In this document: piece by piece, positions 35,208 through 46,625 of the stretch | Numbering within the stretch: position 1 is the stretch's first letter | Layout: every line of letters begins with the position of its first letter | Source of the DNA: Macrostomum hystrix | Taxonomy: Eukaryota; Animalia; Platyhelminthes | Length of the DNA stretch: 64,000 nt | Assembly: GCA_950097015.1 (NCBI GenBank) | Contig: CATNEN010000038.1 | Coordinates: 558,001 to 622,000 of the forward strand | Reading direction: 5' to 3' | The notes under the pieces: model-generated | The model's input: only the letters and a program-made list of their open reading frames with translations | What the model was told of the DNA's origin: nothing | The model's database searches: none | Program-made: the position numbers and the translations under genes

Positions 35208-38200
35208 CTGGAAAGAAAAAATGATTGAATATATTATAATAGCTATCAGTTGTGTTTTGCTAGTGATACAAGCACATTTTTAATTTATTTTTTTATATTT
35301 TTATTTTATTAAAATTAAAGGGTCTACAGATACTATTTCAGCATCAGTTCTACTAGTTATTTTAATTTTGTCATTTACATATAAGCATTCATAGATGCAA
35401 ATGAACATATAAATATATATATTTATTAAAGATATGTAGGCCTATAAAAGTTCTCTCAAAATAGGTCAGAGACATTTTTCATAATATACATTTTTGAACC
35501 ATTTAAACAAAGAGCAAAAATTACTTTCTTTTGTATAGTAGTAAAACTATTTGTCACTTCATTTATTGATTTTTTGTGAGGTCTAGAGTCAGACATATTG
35601 GACACTTTTAAAAACAGTATCACTAATAACTGCCATGTCATAGGACTGTAGGACAGGATCAACCTATGCCATCTTTATTACAAGGACGTCTAGAATACTA
35701 AAGTCAAGGACATAAATCTCAAAGACTATGTAAACTTTAGCCTAGCTAGCCAAAAAAGCCAGGGCCTAACCATAGACTATACATAGGCCTAGTCCATGCC
35801 AAAAATGCCAAAACCAATATAGGCTAGCCAATGGCATAAATATAGGCCCTAGGTCTAATCCTAAAGCAAAAATATTTTTTGTATAAAAACTTGGAGCAAA
35901 TTGTACCTCTAACAACTAGGCCTATGCCGCCTATCTAACAATCTTAGGCCTACACATAATTTTTTAAGAGGAACTAATAAACAACAACAGATAGGCCTAG
36001 GCCCTAGGCCTAGTATGTCAACAACCCATAAACACTGACAGTGAGTGAAGTTAGAAGTTTATCAGACAAACCAGACAAAATAGGCCTAGGGCCTATAGGT
36101 CTAGGATTTAGGTTCAAGAACCACAAATGGCTTGGCTTCTAGTCACTAGTGAACAAAAATAGCTAAGAAAAGCAGAATGCTATTTTTTAAACTCAGGGTT
36201 TGTTCACTGCCATAAATTATTGTCAAAACTTTGGCCTTTCTTTTTAAAATGTAGAGCTTATGATTGGATTTATAAAAATAAGAGCCATAAATTACGACAG
36301 GTTTGACCAGTGTCTCAAGAGATAGTAAAGTAACAAGTGTAGTGGTCTTCTTAAATCAGGAAATACTATTTCCGAAATAGCTCGTAATACCACTTGCTTA
36401 CTCCTTCGATAACGCACCATAGGCATCATCATCAGTGATTGGGCAAATGAGCTGCATAAACAACAGTTTAAACTCCTGACAATACGATGAATAAATCACA
36501 AAACACCGATTTATGCAGTTCAGCTTTTACAGAACAGTTAAATGTAGGCCTAACATAAATTCGATTTTATACACCAGTGTTTTGTTTGTCTGCTGAGTTT
36601 TTAAATTATTCAGAAACTTGCCGGTGTTTCAGAACTTGTAACTTATGCCCATCTGTTCTATTATTCGAGAACTTTGGATATGACGATCTGATAATTGGCT
36701 TAGATACTTGTTTTTATGTAATAACCTATCTGGAAACCTTTTCCTGTCACTATAAAAAACATTTAAAACAGATATTTTCGAAGATCAGTTAAAAATACCG
36801 ATTTAAGTCCATCAATCTTAGACTTCGCGTAGGCAACGGCAAGATCGACACCAAACAAGCAAAAATTCAATGATTTTTTTCACTGTAGGCCTATCTCTTT
36901 TAGTCAATTTTAGCTAGAACTATTCTTGAGCGATATCAAAATGAATCGACTCTGAAGTTTTTGAAAAAATATAGAAAAAAGGAGTAGGCCTATTGACTCA
37001 AATTGGTTTTGAAAAAAGTTAGCTATTGACCATTTTAGGTCAAAACCAAACAAGAAATGAGCTATTATCCTGCTTCATCAAGCCAATTACAACAACAAAG
37101 CCGTCTGGCTAGCTAATCTTATGAATCTGCTATTAGCTATGGTTAGTTTTTTATGACCTGAGACCATAGTCAGAGAATAAACAGAACAGCAAATATATAG
37201 TGTAATATAGGCCTATATCAAGGTTTTTGCTAGATTTTATTAAGACTGAGTGCTCAAATTGCTATGTCAATGTAGGTGCTTCTACATTTTTAATAGACCC
37301 TAGGCTAGGCCTATTGGAACAAAGTTTGCCTATATAGGCCCCCTACCTAAAATTGAGAAAGATTGAGAATGATGTGTGCTTTAGCCTTGCTAAGCCAGCT
37401 AGGGCCTAGTGCCACCCAACAACTTTGTAGGTAAATAAATATTCTCTTTTATAATTATATTCAGTTCACTATTTAAAAGCTAAGTTCAAGCAGCAGTAGT
37501 AGGCCTAGTAAAACTAAAGTGCTAGTGCTCTTTATGGAAGTCCTAAAGTCTGCTAGATGCTAGGGGCCTATCCATAGATTCTCAACATTTTCATTGAGTA
37601 GCCCTGTAATTCAGTGACCCAAAATATCATGGGTTATGGGACAATTTTTTATGATTGTTTTTATTCTGTCTGATGATTTTGATAAATTTAGTTTAAAAAT
37701 GCAGAAATTGATTGCATAGGCCTAGTATTATAAAATTTACTATAAGTTTTTTTATCAAATGATAGACAAGTTTTTACTTATTGCAAAGTTAGAATTTAAG
37801 ACTAAAAGAGAAAGTAAAAAAATAGATTTTGTGAAAAAAATGGCATAGTATTTGTGATTTATTTTTACTCACTGAGAAGTTTTTAGATTCAAGAATGTAG
37901 ATATATATTTGCTATGCTGCACCACATGCGACTAACCTTAACTTGGTCAAATTAAAAAATATACTTGGCTTAGTCACGGATAAGCAATAAGTGCTTATAA
38001 TAGTGAAAGAGCTATAGAAACTAGTTGTAACAAGCCAAGCAAGTCACTTGCTAGTCAATGTGCTTTGATGTCAGTTTGGGTTAGTCATCATTACCAAAGC
38101 TCCTATTGATAGTGCCCATTCTCAAATATGCTTGTGACTCACTGTCAATCATAGAAAAACTGTTGAGTATGAAAGTTGCTCCAATACTAGCAAGTAACAA

Positions 38201-39532
38201 GCCTTTCAAATGATGCCATTGCATTGAAATTATATTTATGCTCAATTGGCAATTGGCAAGGATTGCAATAGCACTCAATATACTAAGGTGTTTGGTGGGT
38301 TACACATGATCATACGTTTGCATGATGATTGAAGATTGTAGTTGGATTGGAAATAATTGCTATGATTCACCTCACCCTTCTGGTTCTAGAACTTTTTCTA
38401 ATAGGCTTGGTATATTATATTTAGTATTAACAAAAACAAAAGTCTTTACAAGCCAAAATCTTTATTATATTTAAATGTTGGAAGCTAATTAGCAATGAAT
38501 AAAAAAAATTGCAATTGTGCACATGTGTCAAGTTAAAACTTTTTTGCTTTGAAAATTTACTAAAATCTTGAGTTTGATTACTAACTAATTTTAACTATAG
38601 AAAATTTTCTATTTTTAACTTTCTTACTTGTAACTATCAGAATGTAAGAATCCAGATACAGTTAATGCATACTGCATAAGTTTAAATATGCAGTGATGTT
38701 GTGTAAATCTAGACTAAAAATACCCTAATGCTAAGAAATGGCTAAGAGAGGGGGCCTTTTGTGAAACCTTTAATTAGGACCACTAATTGACAAAAATTCA
38801 AGTAAGATGTACAATCTAGTGTGTGCCCTAATGGAGCAATTTAAAAAAGCTGCGGACACTCCTGCTAGGCGCGCAGGTGCGCAGTTGTTTTCAAGAAAAA
38901 GAGAGCAAATCCGCAATTGCTATATATCTTCAGTCTGACTCAATGTAGTAATTGATTTCATGAAAAAATGTCGAAAGACCTTTTTTGATCTCCGTAGTGT
39001 ATTTCTATAATTAAAACAGCTAAGGTTGTCTTTTTGCACTCGGGCACTGCAGAGCATGTATTCGTGTAGGGGCACAAGGGTGCACTGTTTGTTATACATC
39101 TACATACATATTACAACTTTACACACACGAGGTGCAGCCGCGTGGACAGGAATTTCTTTCTGCGTAGCGGCGCAGGCAATTTTTCACAAGCGCGCCGGAC
39201 GCTGTCCATAAAAACCCCTATTGGCTCCAATAGGGAGTGTGTGTGCCCACATAATGTAAATAGTGTGCTTTTACAGGGCTATTATAATTGGCAGACTGGC
39301 AGCAGGTCCACTGTCACCAATGAATATATAGTCTGTAGTCAAAAGTCCTGCAAAAACGAGTTTTATCCTAGGCTGTCTAGTTGTACAATTGTACATTTGT
39401 CTTGCACTAGCCTATTATTACATAGTCTAGTAAAAAGCATTGTATAATTTTTAGCTTCGATTGCTAAAATGTGACATTTATATTTTCAAATACATGCAAG
39501 TAAAATAATTAGTCAATGCTCTGTATTTGCAG

Positions 39533-42500
39533 CAACAGCAGCCGCAGATGTCAGAGGAGAGCAGCAGCAATGAGGCTGCCACTGTGGCGCCGGCGATCTG
39601 CAAGTGCGGCTGCGGCTTCTACGCCTCCCCCCAGTTTGACGGCATGTGCAGCGTCTGCTACAAGGCTGCAGCAGCCGGTGACACCGCCTCAGTCAGCGTG
39701 GCGACTGCTGCTTCTGGTGCCGCGGCTGAGACAGTTCCGTTATTGGGTGCGAATTTTAATTCTATTGTCTAGCTCTCTGATTAACCTACCCCCCCGAGAG
39801 GATTGTAACCAAGTAGTTAGAGTTCCCAGAGGGCTTAAATACTGGGTGTAAATATTTGTACTTATAAAAACTGTCTCATTGTAGGCAACAGTTCACCTGT
39901 CCCAGTACCTGAGGCTGACATAGCCCAGGCATCAATCGATGAAGGAGAATCTTCTATGCCGCCACCGCCGTTGCCGCCACCTCAGCAGCAGATAGCCCTG
40001 CCCCCAGAGTCCATCGCTGCTATGCTGGCCCTGCCACCCGATGACGGAGCCGCCTCACAAGGAGCTTCGTCTGGTAGGTAGCAATAAGCAGTTGGATGAT
40101 GACTGACCATGAGCAGAAATAATCATTGCGGGAGGGCTGCGGGCAATGGCACATCATTTGGTGACACTAGACCCGCAGCGAGCGAGGAGGCAATTCTGCT
40201 CATTTCGCTGACTCCTGAGCACACACGCTCACAGATACCGTACGCAGGCATACGCTCACAAAGGTATCTACATCTGGCCTGATTCTCATCGTCAGGCAGT
40301 GTACACTTTCACTGTGCCTTGGAGGTTGGCCCTCAAGGGCGTAAATTGCACGACAAGTCCTCAAGCCTTCTCTCCGCAGCTGCGCACAAATAAATTAGGA
40401 ATCGAGCTCAGGGACCTTGGGGCGAGAGGCAAATGCGTTAAACGCTCGGCCACCGACCCCCGACTATGAGCAGTAGACACACCGTCAGATTGCGGGGATG
40501 TGGAATGACTATGACAAATAAACACATCGTTGTTCGAATGTGTTTATAAAGAGCGCAATATTGTGGAAAGTATATTTTTTAAGTGACTGAAACCGATTTT
40601 CACAGTACAATTGTAGTTAAATAAAGATTTCTATTTAATTTTGCGAATATTAACAGAGTTTATTAATTCACTGCATGCCTTCAGACGCCAGCAGCAGCGG
40701 CGGAGGCAGCGTTGGCGGCGGTAGCTGCGAGTTGAAGCGCCGAAATCGATGCCACGCCTGCAAGAAGCGAGTCGGACTCACCGGTCAGTGTCTATTACTC
40801 TGTATATCTATTTTCCTAGATCTACTCAGAACCTGAATACCTGAGCATTTTTGTTGATCTACTCAGAACCTGAATACCTGAGCATTTTTTTTATCTACTC
40901 AGAACCTGAATACCTGAGCATTTTCGTAGATCTACTCAGATCCTGAATACCTGAGCATTTTGTTGATCTACTCAGAACCTGAATACCTGAGCATTTTTTT
41001 TATCTACTCAGAACCTGAATACCTGAGCATTTTCGTAGATCTACTCAGATCCTGAATACCTGAGCATTTTTGTAGATCTACTCAGAACCTGAATACCTGA
41101 GCATTTTTATAGATCTACTCAAAAACCTAAATGCCTGAGTATGTTTGTAGATCTACTCAGAACCTGAATACCTGAGCATTTTCGTAGATCTACTCAGAAC
41201 CTGAATACCTGAGCATTTTTGTAGATCTACTATATATATATATATATATAGACGCAAAAAGTTAGATAGCTTTTGCGCGCACGCGCTCGCAGAACAGTCG
41301 GGAGGGGCAGGCCATGGCGGACTGGGGATCAAGTCCGATAGCCTGCAAGTCAGCCAACAGAGTGGTAATTAGCGTCACAGTTCTTCCTTGGCCGCGGCGC
41401 AGCCGCTCGGTCGGTTGGTGCAGGAGGACCAGCGCAAGCGGGTTTCGCTCGCCGCGACCGTGGCTCCTCAGACAGTGGCCCAGCAGCATCTGGCGGCGCC
41501 GGCGCAGGGTGACGCTCAGGGCTGGGACGCCGGCGCGAACCATCAGGTCTCTGGACGGCAGCCTCTCCGGGTAGTGCACGCCCAGGGCGTGGCGCAGCAG
41601 GGACCTGTATAGCGCGTCCAGGGCTTTCTCTCGCGTGGCGGTCATCGGCACTGCTTCCATGCCGTACAGAGGGATAGGCTCAACGGCAGCGCGGAAGAGG
41701 CGCACCTTCAGGCTGTCTCTTGCAGCAGAGTTGAAGACGTTCCTGAGAAGGTGCGCCGCACGCCAGGCCTGATTCCTTCTGTCGGAGACGATGGAGTCGG
41801 GACTCATCACCAGGGAGCCGAGGTACCGAAAGTCCTCGCACACCGCGATGGCGTCTCCGTTGGGCAGATCTAGTGCCGGGGCGGTATCAGTGCCCACGTG
41901 CAGCACTTCTGTCTTCAGTGCGTTGATCATCAGTCCAAACCGAGCGCCCTCCTCGCAGAGACTTAAGAGAGCGCGTTGGGCAGCAGCTGGATCGCGACAG
42001 AGGAGTGCGATGTCGTCGGCATACGCAAGAGCCGGCAGCGGGACTGCAGGGTGTCGGGAGCTTCGACGTGGGACTAGCACATAGCCGTCGTCATCATGGA
42101 GAGACCGGCGCAGCACGTAGTCCACGACCATGATGAAAAGCAGAGGAGCCAGCGTGTCGCCCTGAAGGACGCCAGAGCTTGTGCTGAACTCATCAGTGGG
42201 GCCGTCGCTCGACTGAACAAATGCCCTGGAATCGCTGTACAGATCCATCACCGCAGCCACCAGTGCAGGGGGGACGCCGTAGTAGGACAGCAGCAATGCA
42301 ATCGCTGGCCTGGCCACCGAGTCAAAAGCCTTCCGGAAATCCACGAAGACAATCGACACGGAGCGCAGGCGGGTCTTGCAGGCCTCAATGATTGAGCGGA
42401 TGGTTGCAACCTGCTCAGTGGTGGACCTGCCTGGCCGAAAACCGCTCTGGAGACTCAGCAGCAGTGGGTTGAGACCTGGCAGGAGGCGGTTGCGCAGCAC

Positions 42501-44644
42501 AGCATTCAGCAACTTTGCCGTGGTACATTCCAGCGCAATGCCACGCTGGTTGTCCAGGCTTGTAGAAGCCCCCTTCTTCGGGATGAAAACGATCTTGGAG
42601 GTGCGCCATTGTGGGGGCGCGCAGGCGGCCGCGTCGCCTCCAAGACTGCAGTGCTTGTTCAGCACCTCGGTGATGGCGGGGGTCAGCTCTGGTAGCTTCA
42701 GGACCCTGGGAGGAATCGTATCCACCCCAGCAGCGGCGTCGGCACGCATGGTCCTCAGAGCCCGGCCAACCTCGCTCGTTGTGATAGGGCCAACGTTGAA
42801 GACGCTAGGTTCTGCTGGGACAAAGTCTGGGATTGGTAAAAGAAGTAAATTTTGTGCAGGAGCATTAAGCACATCGCGGTAGTGGTTGACCAGCTGAGTC
42901 TTGCGATGCTCGATGGAGTCCGCGCCAACAACTGCGCTAGGCCTGGGCTTCCTGCCAGTCAGCTGGTTGATGGCCCGCCAAGCAGCGCTGTGGCGGCAGT
43001 TGTCGGTCGCTAGCTGGATCTCGCTCACTGCCTCTTCAACAAACACCTCGGTTCGCTGGGCATAGATGACTTGCAGCTGGTCCCGGGCAGTGTTGGCCTG
43101 GTTGCTATCATCGCCATGGAGGGCGGTGACGCTCTGCACGTGTCGTCGCGCTTGACTGATTGCAGGATCGTTGTCCCACAGCGCCTTGGGATGGTTTGCC
43201 CTCCGTCTTGGGAGAATGGATGCTGCATCCTCGACAGCCCTGGTGAAGGAGTCGGCCGACTCATTCAAAGCGGGAGTTGCAGCACGCAGCCTGTCCAGAA
43301 AGGCTGCCCGCGTAGCTGGATTCCTCAGGTCAGCCCATAGCGGGTGAGGAGGGGGGCACTTCAGCTTGGACCAGCGCAAGTCAGTGTCGCAGGCCACCAG
43401 ACTATGATCGGACCTCACGCAGCTAGGACGAATGTTGAGCACTCTGCGCACTCTGGACCTGAGGGCAGAGGGGCAGAGTATCCAGTCTAGCCGGGTGGTC
43501 CGTCCATTGGGGCCAAAGAAGGTCGGGATCTTGCAATAGCGCTGCCGCAGAAAGCCATTAACAGGCGTCAGGTCCCTTGCCTGGATGAAGCAGGACAGGT
43601 GATCAGAGTTGGCATTTGGAGTGCCACAGTTGTTCTTCACCAGGCGGCCATCAGCGGGGAGGGGCGCATTGAAATCGCCAACGACAAAAACTGAATCGTG
43701 GGCAGGGAGAGAATCAAGCAGATGACCCAGAGTGTCATACAGGGCATCTGTGTCTGCCGGATTCTCGCTGGTCCGAGGGGCTGTGGGGGCGTAGACACAG
43801 ACGACATGCAGGCGCCGATCCTTCAGGGCAAAGGATGCGTGTCCGAGGCGCTCAGAGATGAATCTGACATCCAGCAGGGCTTTGGATGCGGCGGGCGAGA
43901 GCAGAAAGCCAATGCCTCCGATCCCACGTGGCGTGGCTGGGGCAGCCTTGAATTGCCACCCGAGGCCCAGGTCCGCGCTTTCATCTCTGCTCCTGCGGTG
44001 CTCTTGGATGGCCAGAATAGAGATCTCCAGATCCACCGCTAGCCGAGTCAACTCCTGCAGCCTCCACCAGAGACTGAGGGTGCGGGCGTTGAACGTGGCG
44101 AGTCGAATCTGGTTCGGAAGGTGCGGCCATCTACTCAGATCCTGAATACCTGAGCATTTTAGTAGATCTACTCAGAACCTGAATACCTGAGCATTTTAGT
44201 AGATCTACTCAGATCCTGAATACCTGAGCATTTTAGTAGATCTACTCAGAACCTGAATACCTGAGCATTTTTGTAGATCTACTCAGAACCTGAATACCTG
44301 AGCATTTTTATAGATCTACTCAAAAACCTAAATGCCTGAGTATGTTTGTAGATCTACTCAGAAACGGAATACAGGAGTTTTTTGTGGATTTACTAAAATC
44401 CTGAATACATGAGCATTTTATTTTTTAACTACTCATACTGATGCATCCTATATTACTGATAAGTAGCACACAATACACCGGCTTTCATTCCGCAGGCTTC
44501 GAGTGCCGCTGCGGTGGCACGTACTGTCCGGCCCATCGCTACAGCGATAAGCACGATTGCTCGTTTGACTATCGGACCCACGGCCGACACGAGATTCGCA
44601 AGGCCAATCCGCAGGTTCTGTCTAGGAAAGTTGAGCGCCTATGA
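39533..44644 (+). CDS. A20- and AN1-type zinc finger protein (ZFAND5/6-like)
   Basis: Exons 39533 (ATG at 39548)-39746, 39885-40073, 40685-40783, 44496-44644. A20 finger [22 protein letters not shown]; AN1 finger [12 protein letters not shown]|[26 protein letters not shown]; terminal ANPQV..KVERL. Confidence 0.93.
40126..40465 (-). mobile_element. SINE family 2 copy in ZFAND intron 2
   Basis: Reverse complement matches 13548-13900 and 61454-61825. Confidence 0.85.
40815..41231. repeat. 37-bp minisatellite (AGATCTACTCAGAACCTGAATACCTGAGCATTTTTGT)n, left part
   Basis: Periodic; continues at 44129-44420 after the LINE. Confidence 0.95.
41232..44128 (-). mobile_element. Non-LTR retrotransposon (APE endonuclease + RT, RTE-like), 5'-truncated, (TA)n tail, TSD ATCTACT
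   Basis: TSD at 41225-41231 and 44129-44135; (TA)n at 41231-41250; very short 3' UTR; single ORF. Confidence 0.92.
41262..44128 (-). CDS. LINE ORF: apurinic-like endonuclease plus reverse transcriptase
   Basis: Motifs [35 protein letters not shown]; [47 protein letters not shown]. No stops over >929 aa. Confidence 0.93.
44129..44420. repeat. 37-bp minisatellite, right part
   Basis: Same unit as 40815-41231. Confidence 0.95.
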
Positions 44645-45537
44645 GAATGCACTTCTGGCTTATAATACACATGCAATGTAAATGTATGTTATATGGAATT
44701 ATTTGATTGTTATATTGCAAAGGATATTAATTAACGCTGATTTGTCTATGTAAAACTGAAACTCAATGGCCAGGTAGTAAATTGTAGCTTCTCTGTCATT
44801 AACTGTCCCTTATGTTTCTCATTTTTTACTATTTCCAACGGCACGAAATGTTTAATTTTTCATATTTGTCTCAGTAATTGCCCACTGTGAAAGTACAATC
44901 CTAACAATGCTCTAATCCTGACTTTAACCAGAAAGCGCATACCAGTATGGAACAATAGACTTGTCTAGCTTGGATTATTTAGTTAACCAATTATTAATTA
45001 GCTAATGCACTTTCAGTAGCCTCTTTAACTCCTTGGCCTCCTCTGCTTCTGGGAAAGATTTTATTGTTAAGTTTCTTTCATTTTGCTAATGAATCGAGCT
45101 TGTGTTGGCCTGTTCTCTTTTGTCGAGTCAGTGTTCTCTACTCATTCTTTTCATTTGTGAACTTGTTAACAAATTTGTGTATGTTGACATGTTAGCTTGT
45201 CATGGAACTAGTTCTATCTCCGAAAATACATATTGTATGGCTTTGCTGCTGGAAATGTAACATTTACCCAGATTTATGCATGTCTTAGTATGGACGTATT
45301 AGAGACTCAGTTAAGTGACCTAAATTTGTTTTTCCGCCATTGGTTTTCTCTTTAATTCTCTTTCACTTTTATATTCTGTTATGTGAAAACATTTTTTCTT
45401 TCTTGTTAACATTTAAACATTTAAGCTAATAAATCTTTGCGCTACTAAGTGCTCCAGACCTTGCAAAGTACTTTTGCACTGTATCGTCACATTCTTAACA
45501 TAAAAGCGCGCCTCGCACTATGCAAAGTTCTCGTATT

Positions 45538-45825
45538 TTGTAGAGTACTCCAGTACTCTAGAGTACTCGCGTACTCGGAATAGTACTTATGTACTTTGTA
45601 GAGTACTTGCATACTCTGTAAAGTGCTCACGTACTTTGAAAAGTACTTCTGTACTCTGTAGAGTACTAGCGTACTCGGAACAGTACTTATGTACTTTGTA
45701 GAGTACTTGCATACTCTCTAGAGTGCTCGCGCACTTTTAAGAGTACTTCTGTACTCTCTAGAGTACTCGCGATCTCTGCATATATCTTGCGTGCTCTCTA
45801 AAATACTCGCGTGCTTGGTAGAGTA
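45538..45825. repeat. Degenerate ~20-bp tandem repeat rich in GAGTACT
   Basis: gtactctgtagagtact-like units. Confidence 0.75.
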
Positions 45826-46625
45826 ACGATGTGATTAAAAATTCTAACTAACTTTAACAAAATCAGTTTTTGCTTGGATGAACATGTAATGTGCAAACAT
45901 GTGTCCTATCCTATTGCTTTGAGTAATTGGCTTTTAAGGCAAGTTTTCTTACTAACCCGTTTATTATCTTTTTTAATCTGACCAAGCATAAGCACCGCTC
46001 CAGTAACCGCGAGGTATTCGATGCCTTACTGTGTTCTGGTAGAAATAGTATTACTGATGTTGCTTTAGCGAACAGGCTGCACAACTGGTTTCAATTGTTC
46101 TTTAACTGCCTCAAAATTGTTTACCTCTTTGTGCGCGACTGGCTGATTGAGCATAAACAAAATAGAATCAGTTTTTTGTTTTACTTTAAGTGACAAAATT
46201 TCTTTTATAGTAAAAAAGTGGCGATTTCTACAAAGCCGTTTTTGCTTAGCCATCCGAGTATCGGTTTCTGCTTCTGTGCTTTGTGTTTAGTGCTTACTAT
46301 TGTTTTTTTTCATTCTGTGTATTATTAAATTGCTAAAAAAGCTTTCTTTTGCAAAATTTCACTTTTTTGTTTTATTTAGAATAGAGAACAAGCGTGCAGG
46401 GCCAATCTGGCTTGCGCTTCTGTACTAAGAAGATGTCTAAATTTTGATTGATATTAGTAAGGCTGTTGTATAATTAAACGGAGCAAAGAACTCGCTGTAC
46501 ACTCTGTGCTGCTGTGCATTCTTAAGCTCCAACACTGAACTTAGCGCTCATTGAGTACTGGACTCACTGGCATGCGGCAAATGTGACTGACATTTTTTTA
46601 TTGCAATCTGCTTTTGTTTTTTAAG

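Noticed and set aside
41314-44145. Several + strand ORFs within the LINE
   Set aside because: Antisense shadows of a GC-rich coding sequence.
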